IMG/VR virus record: IMGVR_UViG_3300021495_000067
Direction: 5' to 3' (one strand)
Length of the DNA: 64,000 nucleotides
Source: an uncultured virus (IMG/VR IMGVR_UViG_3300021495_000067)
Lineage: Duplodnaviria > Heunggongvirae > Uroviricota > Caudoviricetes
Shown here: in pieces, positions 59,170 through 64,000 of the stretch
Layout: every line of letters starts with the position of its first letter
Position numbering within the stretch: position 1 is the first letter of the stretch
Translations under genes and position numbers: made by a program
The notes under the pieces: generated by a model
What the model was told of the DNA's origin: nothing
What the model saw: the letters and a program-made list of their open reading frames with translations, nothing else
Database searches by the model: none

Positions 59170-61500
59170 TTATGTAGTTTGAGATACATTTATCTCCAAC
59201 TCCTTTTCTGTCTCTTGCTCCTCAGCATGAGACAAATCCGTCCATAGCCATACATTCAAATACTCATTAGGTGGCAAATCCTCGCATAAAACTGCATAGG
59301 TTGTATTTATCTCTTTTGCACCTGAAGGATTGTTATCTGTATCTGCTTTTAAAATTACATTTGGTATAGTAGCATTGATTTTCATTTTTACGGTTAAATT
59401 AACATTACCTGTATTTGAAATATTATAAAACGGCTGGCTATCTGATTGTCCCTCTGGCGGATAGTTTGTCTGGGTTGATGGGTTCTCTACACCTGTAAGG
59501 TTAAAGTGAGCATAGGTATAGCCTGCTGGTAAGGTTACTGTAAAAGAAGTATCTTGTTGCTCTTCACTGCCCAATTCTGCTGTTGGCTCTGGGTCGGCGT
59601 ATTTGCGGACGCAGAGGTTATCCATATGAACTCCTGAAATTGCATTATATCCCGCCTTTCTTATCCAAAATACATCAGCAGAAGTGAAAGTTGTGTCTGT
59701 AGCTGTACCTAAGGAATTACCATCTTCGAATGTTTCCCAATTCCCATTTTGATCAACCACAATTTTAATATGATGCCACACTGTGTCCGATGTTCGATCG
59801 GAAGGCGCTATTAGAGATGCACTATTTCCATCTACTACTTTAACTAAATCTCTGTTGACCATCGTTCCACCGTCATCCCGCCATCCGAATTGGTAATAAT
59901 TATTCGCGTCTATCCTCATAAACGCTGTATAAATTCCAAAATTTGAGACACTGCCTTGTCGAGAATCTTGTTTTGCGTCCCATTCCCAAACATATCCACT
60001 GGTAGTGAGATTTACGGAAATGAATACCCATAGTTTATCAGGATTATTATCATTTCCTGGTAAATTTAGAACTCCGTCACTCTCACTGGGATTACCACTT
60101 TCTATCGTCCACGGTGGAGAAAGAATTCCATCCTCAAAATCATCAAAAAACTCAAAAGTCGCCTCGCCATCACTCGCAGAACTAGCAGAAGGGTTGCCGT
60201 AATAAAGGTAGTAGGTATCGTTGCACCATGAATTTGCTGGTATATAGGATGCATTGAACCATATCTTGCACCAGTTACCATCAGATTTGTTCTCTATCCA
60301 ATATGGAACTGTCTCGCCTGAAGTCTCATTTACTACCCTTATATCATCGAAATCGGGTTGCATATCGCTGTCATAGCTTATATTTAACGGCACTTGGTAA
60401 TAAGTCTGCGCACTACCGCCAGTGTTATCAATATGTATAGGGCGTTTTCTGCTCCATGAAGCATTCCACCACGGGTCTAATACCATAAAGTGCCCGCTTG
60501 ATATGGCTTCACTTAAAGTCTCCGCACTTCTCTTTACTGCAAAGTAATACTTACCGCTCGTGCCTTCCGTTGTAACTGGCACTTTTACATACGCTCTTGC
60601 GGTATAGGTCTTGTTAGGTTTAATTTCAAAATTCTTGATATACCACCATTTATCCATACCTTTATAATTATGTTCTATATGGTCTAAATACTTCCCTACA
60701 TTAATCCAATTTTCAACCCTTGAATGGTTTGTATGCCAGAATGCTGTATAATTCGTGCCGTTCTGTTCGTAACTATCAAAACAAACAACCGCAGAGGTGG
60801 TATCACATTCCGTTGTGTTGTTATATCCTGAACAGACTTGATATGTTATTTTGCGCTTGTATGAATTGTATTCATTCCCATAATCACAAGGCTCATCAGT
60901 AACCGAAATGGAAGAGACATTATAGAAGAACATGGAATGGCTTGTTGTCCAGTTCACGAAATGTGGCTTATAAAATTCAGCCTTAACCGGTTTTACTTCG
61001 GTGGTATTGAATCCCCATAGGAAATCCAAATCACCGAAATCTTTATACACTGTAACATTGAAATATACCCACCCTGAACAGTAAATTGTATGTGGATACA
61101 CCTCCAATCTCCCCCATGAACTGTTATCTACATAAACCTTATCACCTTCTTTTATCCAGCTACCGAACTCATAAACATCGGACTGACTACCTATTTTTAA
61201 TTTAAACTGTTCACCATTGTAATTATAAATAATCACCTCATCAGGTTTTATTTTGTATTTCTTACCTTCTAATCCAATTATCTGGATTTTTTCGTTGTTA
61301 GGGTTAGAGATATGAATGATAAGATTTCCATCTTTGATGTAAGAAGAAGTTATCGCTGAAACTACGCTGTTATCGTTGTTTATCAAATCATAGCCTACTT
61401 CTTTTTCTGCTACTGCTGGATTGGATTTATTAACCATAAAAACACCTGAAATTATTGCTATTGCTAAAACCATACCTATCAGTATTTTTCTGCCTATCAT
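59170..61500 (-). CDS. DUF2341 adhesin-like protein with lectin-like and Ig-like domains
   Basis: Signal/TM helix; WWNASWSRKR...DFDDIR...PYWIE...YYLYYGNP; FEFFDDFEDG; WHHIKI lectin-like strand. Confidence 0.8.
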   Translation of the reverse strand: MIGRKILIGMVLAIAIISGVFMVNKSNPAVAEKEVGYDLINNDNSVVSAITSSYIKDGNLIIHISNPNNEKIQIIGLEGKKYKIKPDEVIIYNYNGEQFKLKIGSQSDVYEFGSWIKEGDKVYVDNSSWGRLEVYPHTIYCSGWVYFNVTVYKDFGDLDFLWGFNTTEVKPVKAEFYKPHFVNWTTSHSMFFYNVSSISVTDEPCDYGNEYNSYKRKITYQVCSGYNNTTECDTTSAVVCFDSYEQNGTNYTAFWHTNHSRVENWINVGKYLDHIEHNYKGMDKWWYIKNFEIKPNKTYTARAYVKVPVTTEGTSGKYYFAVKRSAETLSEAISSGHFMVLDPWWNASWSRKRPIHIDNTGGSAQTYYQVPLNISYDSDMQPDFDDIRVVNETSGETVPYWIENKSDGNWCKIWFNASYIPANSWCNDTYYLYYGNPSASSASDGEATFEFFDDFEDGILSPPWTIESGNPSESDGVLNLPGNDNNPDKLWVFISVNLTTSGYVWEWDAKQDSRQGSVSNFGIYTAFMRIDANNYYQFGWRDDGGTMVNRDLVKVVDGNSASLIAPSDRTSDTVWHHIKIVVDQNGNWETFEDGNSLGTATDTTFTSADVFWIRKAGYNAISGVHMDNLCVRKYADPEPTAELGSEEQQDTSFTVTLPAGYTYAHFNLTGVENPSTQTNYPPEGQSDSQPFYNISNTGNVNLTVKMKINATIPNVILKADTDNNPSGAKEINTTYAVLCEDLPPNEYLNVWLWTDLSHAEEQETEKELEINVSQTT

Positions 61501-61540
61501 TTCTCCTCACTATAAAATTTATTTTATCTTTATAAAAATT

Positions 61541-61915
61541 TTATTCTATGTTTTTACCACTCCTACCAGTTAAAAATTGAACAGCACCCCATGAATATAC
61601 GAGCCAAATCGGTCCCTGTATCATTGCTATCACCTGTGCAGGCACACCATACTGCACGAGCATAGGAATAATTGTTATTGCACCTGCTATTGCTGAAAAG
61701 AACACAGTAAACATCTCAAGTAGTATTTTAGGTGCAAAAACAAACAAATCATAACTGTGTAGTGTTTCTGTATCACTAACAACTTCAGCTATTTTTGTAT
61801 CGTTTATTGGTTGTGCCATCTCTACAACATGAGTATCAAAAATACCCATACTGTTTACACCACTTATTACTGCATTTAGTATAAACAATGCCAACGCTAT
61901 GTTATATGCTTTCAT
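61541..61915 (-). CDS. Hydrophobic virion membrane protein
   Basis: Multiple hydrophobic helices. Confidence 0.65.
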   Translation of the reverse strand: MKAYNIALALFILNAVISGVNSMGIFDTHVVEMAQPINDTKIAEVVSDTETLHSYDLFVFAPKILLEMFTVFFSAIAGAITIIPMLVQYGVPAQVIAMIQGPIWLVYSWGAVQFLTGRSGKNIE

Positions 61916-61921
61916 AGTATT

Positions 61922-62404
61922 TTACCACCTGAATATTCCAAATCTTCGCTTTGGGCTCTCTATTTCTTTTACTTCTTCCTGTGGCATCTCGGTATTCACT
62001 GCTCGCTGCTCTACATAACCTGGATAGCGCTGTAACTTCCGCTCTCTATCTTCACCTATTGTTCTGGTCAATACCATTTTAGCAGCGAAAATTATACTAT
62101 GCTCAATTGCTGTTATTCCTCTCTGTTTTATATCTCTCGAATTTGCTGCAATACGACATTCCAGTAGCATCATTTCTATTTCCAGCTCTGGCAATATCAA
62201 GCTTTTCTGATTGCTATATTGAACAACCTTATCAAATATTGTATTTACTGTATGTTTCAAGCATCGCTTATATGATGCTGAGAACCAAGATGAATTTATA
62301 GTTTGTATTATTGATGATTTAATTTCGGCAGGTGTGCCTAACCGTGTAAAGAACTGGAAGGTTTCATTCATAAAAGGTGCATCTATATCCCCTTCTTCTG
62401 CCAT
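61922..62404 (-). CDS. Hypothetical protein (start MAEEGD)
   Basis: The ORF-track extension upstream overlaps the terminator hairpin, so the start was moved to 62404. Confidence 0.6.
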   Translation of the reverse strand: MAEEGDIDAPFMNETFQFFTRLGTPAEIKSSIIQTINSSWFSASYKRCLKHTVNTIFDKVVQYSNQKSLILPELEIEMMLLECRIAANSRDIKQRGITAIEHSIIFAAKMVLTRTIGEDRERKLQRYPGYVEQRAVNTEMPQEEVKEIESPKRRFGIFRW

Positions 62405-62452
62405 TTTTCTTCTTATAATTTTAAAAATATTGATAAAAAATGAAAATAAAGA

Positions 62453-62484
62453 AAGGCATGCCCCTTTAAAAAGAGGCATGCTTT
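62453..62484 (-). terminator. Hairpin plus T-rich tract after the putative major capsid gene
   Basis: GCATGCCTCTTT-TT-AAAGGGGCATGC followed by CTTTCTTTATTTTC. Confidence 0.7.
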
Positions 62485-62502
62485 ATGTTTGTCTCTGTTG
62501 GT

Positions 62503-62850
62503 CTATAGACCACCTCCACCTTTCTTTTCCTCTCTGGCACCCAGCAACATCACTGATGCTATCACCAGTCCAAGAAGCGACACTATTGCAACCAACTTGA
62601 TAAGTGGTCCAACTGCTCCCCACAAGCTTACACCAGAAACAATATTCGAATTCGTTGAGTAATTCCACTGTGAAGTGCCTGGTATCGTCACAGCAGATTC
62701 TACCTGATAGCCTATCATTGGGACTATTTGGAAAATGATAATCAGTGCAGCCATCGCTATACCAACTCCTATGAGTCCCCATACTGTCCCTGTTACACCT
62801 CGCTTGTCGTTTTTCACCTTCTTTATATGCTCTGTCAACTTCTCCAACAT
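62503..62850 (-). CDS. Putative major capsid protein of spindle-shaped-virus type
   Basis: Basic leader ending DKRG, two long hydrophobic helices and a loop with an N-x-S sequon. Has its own TATA box (62900-62916), a GGAGGTGA RBS and a terminator. Confidence 0.7.
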   Translation of the reverse strand: MLEKLTEHIKKVKNDKRGVTGTVWGLIGVGIAMAALIIIFQIVPMIGYQVESAVTIPGTSQWNYSTNSNIVSGVSLWGAVGPLIKLVAIVSLLGLVIASVMLLGAREEKKGGGGL

Positions 62851-62934
62851 GACATTTCTCACCTCCTAACTTTTTCTACAATATAAATATTAATCTTATT
62901 TATATAAAAAGGTTTATACCAAATATACAAAAAA

Positions 62935-63201
62935 TCACCATCTTCTTTGGTTAGCTATGATAACAAAGAATGAAATACTTAAAGCTATTGCTACTGCTAC
63001 AAGTATGTAAGGCAGTAACTGCATAATTGAAATAGATGCTATTGCTGAATTTGTTGTTGCATTCCATTGTGCCTGATAAGGATTGCCTGACATATTCACT
63101 ACATTTTCCAATACTGATAAGGATGATACACCATACATCGTTATAAAGATTACTGCGATAATGAGCATTACAATTCCCAACAATGCACTCCAGTATCTCA
63201 T
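62935..63201 (-). CDS. Two-TM hairpin protein, capsid paralog-like
   Basis: Same topology as the putative MCP, including a QWN-x-T/S loop motif. Confidence 0.6.
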   Translation of the reverse strand: MRYWSALLGIVMLIIAVIFITMYGVSSLSVLENVVNMSGNPYQAQWNATTNSAIASISIMQLLPYILVAVAIALSISFFVIIANQRRW

Positions 63202-63253
63202 TTTCTTTTTCTCCTATTTTATTATAAAAACTTGTAACTTATAAAACTTTTAG

Positions 63254-63880
63254 TTATTGCACTGCACCACGAATACGTTCTATTACTATCTCAATCACGA
63301 GCATTACAACATAAGCTACCATAACTATTGCAATACCATTAAGCAGTAATGCAACATCAGGCATCTCTATTGGATAGAGTAATGCACGATGTGCCAAAAT
63401 AAAACTTAGAAATACTGAGAATAAGCCAATTACTATATTACCATATACACGATTTCGTGTATTTGTAAAGAAAAACAGAATCAAAACAAAATCTAATATC
63501 AATAGAACAAGAAATATCCATAATGTTATATTCCCCCGCTTAACTAATAATTGGTGATAATTGAGTTCATAATCACTATATAGAGTGTCTAATGTTATGT
63601 TTGCATTCATTACATCTGCACCTGAGACTGTTACAATTGTTGAGTTTGTTGTATAGCCTTCTTTTGAGGCTGTAATCTGATATGTGCCATCTGGTAATGA
63701 CAAACTATAAAATCCAGAACTATCAGTAATTGCTGTATCTGAGGTTATATTATTTGCAATATTTGCATTTTTAACGGGATTATTATCAGGAAGTTTGACA
63801 TAACCTGAAACTTCATAGCCTGCTACTGGGCTGAGCAGTAAAAAAATGAGCAATATAGATATAACCACTTCTTTTTTCAT
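63254..63880 (-). CDS. Carboxypeptidase-regulatory-like (Ig) domain membrane protein
   Basis: Signal peptide; VSGYV...TDSSGFYSLSLPDGTYQITASKEGY; three C-terminal TM helices. Confidence 0.8.
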   Translation of the reverse strand: MKKEVVISILLIFLLLSPVAGYEVSGYVKLPDNNPVKNANIANNITSDTAITDSSGFYSLSLPDGTYQITASKEGYTTNSTIVTVSGADVMNANITLDTLYSDYELNYHQLLVKRGNITLWIFLVLLILDFVLILFFFTNTRNRVYGNIVIGLFSVFLSFILAHRALLYPIEMPDVALLLNGIAIVMVAYVVMLVIEIVIERIRGAVQ

Positions 63881-64000
63881 TTTTTTTTTATTATTTCAGT
63901 TCCCAAAATTCTGCTGCTCTATCCCATAATCTTTTAAGGACATCCATACCTTCTTTATTACCATAATAAGGATTCTCTGCCTTCCTTCCTTGATATGATT

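Larger units (their letters stand above)
1..64000 (-). mobile_element. Archaeal dsDNA virus genome segment, probably spindle-shaped type
   Basis: Unidirectional, densely packed small ORFs. Archaeal-type replisome genes, integrase, hydrophobic two-helix capsid-like proteins and an ATPase. No ribosomal or core metabolic operons. No HK97 capsid, portal or terminase recognised. Confidence 0.85.

Noticed and set aside
619..62600. Plus-strand ORFs in the six-frame track
   Set aside because: Almost all are antisense shadows of minus-strand genes, with Ser/Phe/Leu-rich composition and no RBS.
62483..62782. 99-aa alternative-frame ORF over the capsid gene
   Set aside because: It overlaps the better-supported MCP-like frame, which has an RBS, a promoter and a terminator.

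Overview
This 64 kb window looks like most of an archaeal (euryarchaeal-type) dsDNA virus genome. It is AT-rich, essentially every credible gene is on the minus strand, and genes carry GGAGGTGA Shine-Dalgarno sites and archaeal TATA promoters. The left part (1-26 kb) is a nucleotide-metabolism and replication module: two glycosyltransferases, an intein-containing class III ribonucleotide reductase, a DinG/XPD-like helicase, PCNA, PolB, an AEP primase, two RFC-like subunits, a Cas4-like nuclease, a dUTPase/dCTP deaminase and an Alba-like protein. The middle (26-44 kb) is accessory. It holds a tRNA-like structured RNA, a degenerate TnpB/Cas12f-like gene, a shortened RNA polymerase A'' subunit, a nuclease/integrase cluster, an SF2 helicase and many small basic proteins. 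The right part (44-64 kb) is a membrane-rich morphogenesis module with two-helix hydrophobic capsid-like proteins, a P-loop ATPase and DUF2341/PKD adhesins, suggesting a spindle-shaped virus (inference; possibly like the ANME-1 Itzamnaviridae). The strongest candidate for a novel system is at 37.2-38.4 kb. There a RAMP/Cas7-like gene is followed by a perfect hairpin, then a 20-unit pentamer array of near-constant GGY alternating with variable NN, then a DUF559 nuclease. This is the architecture expected of a non-CRISPR RNA-guided system with a gapped guide. All calls are by eye, without database searches.
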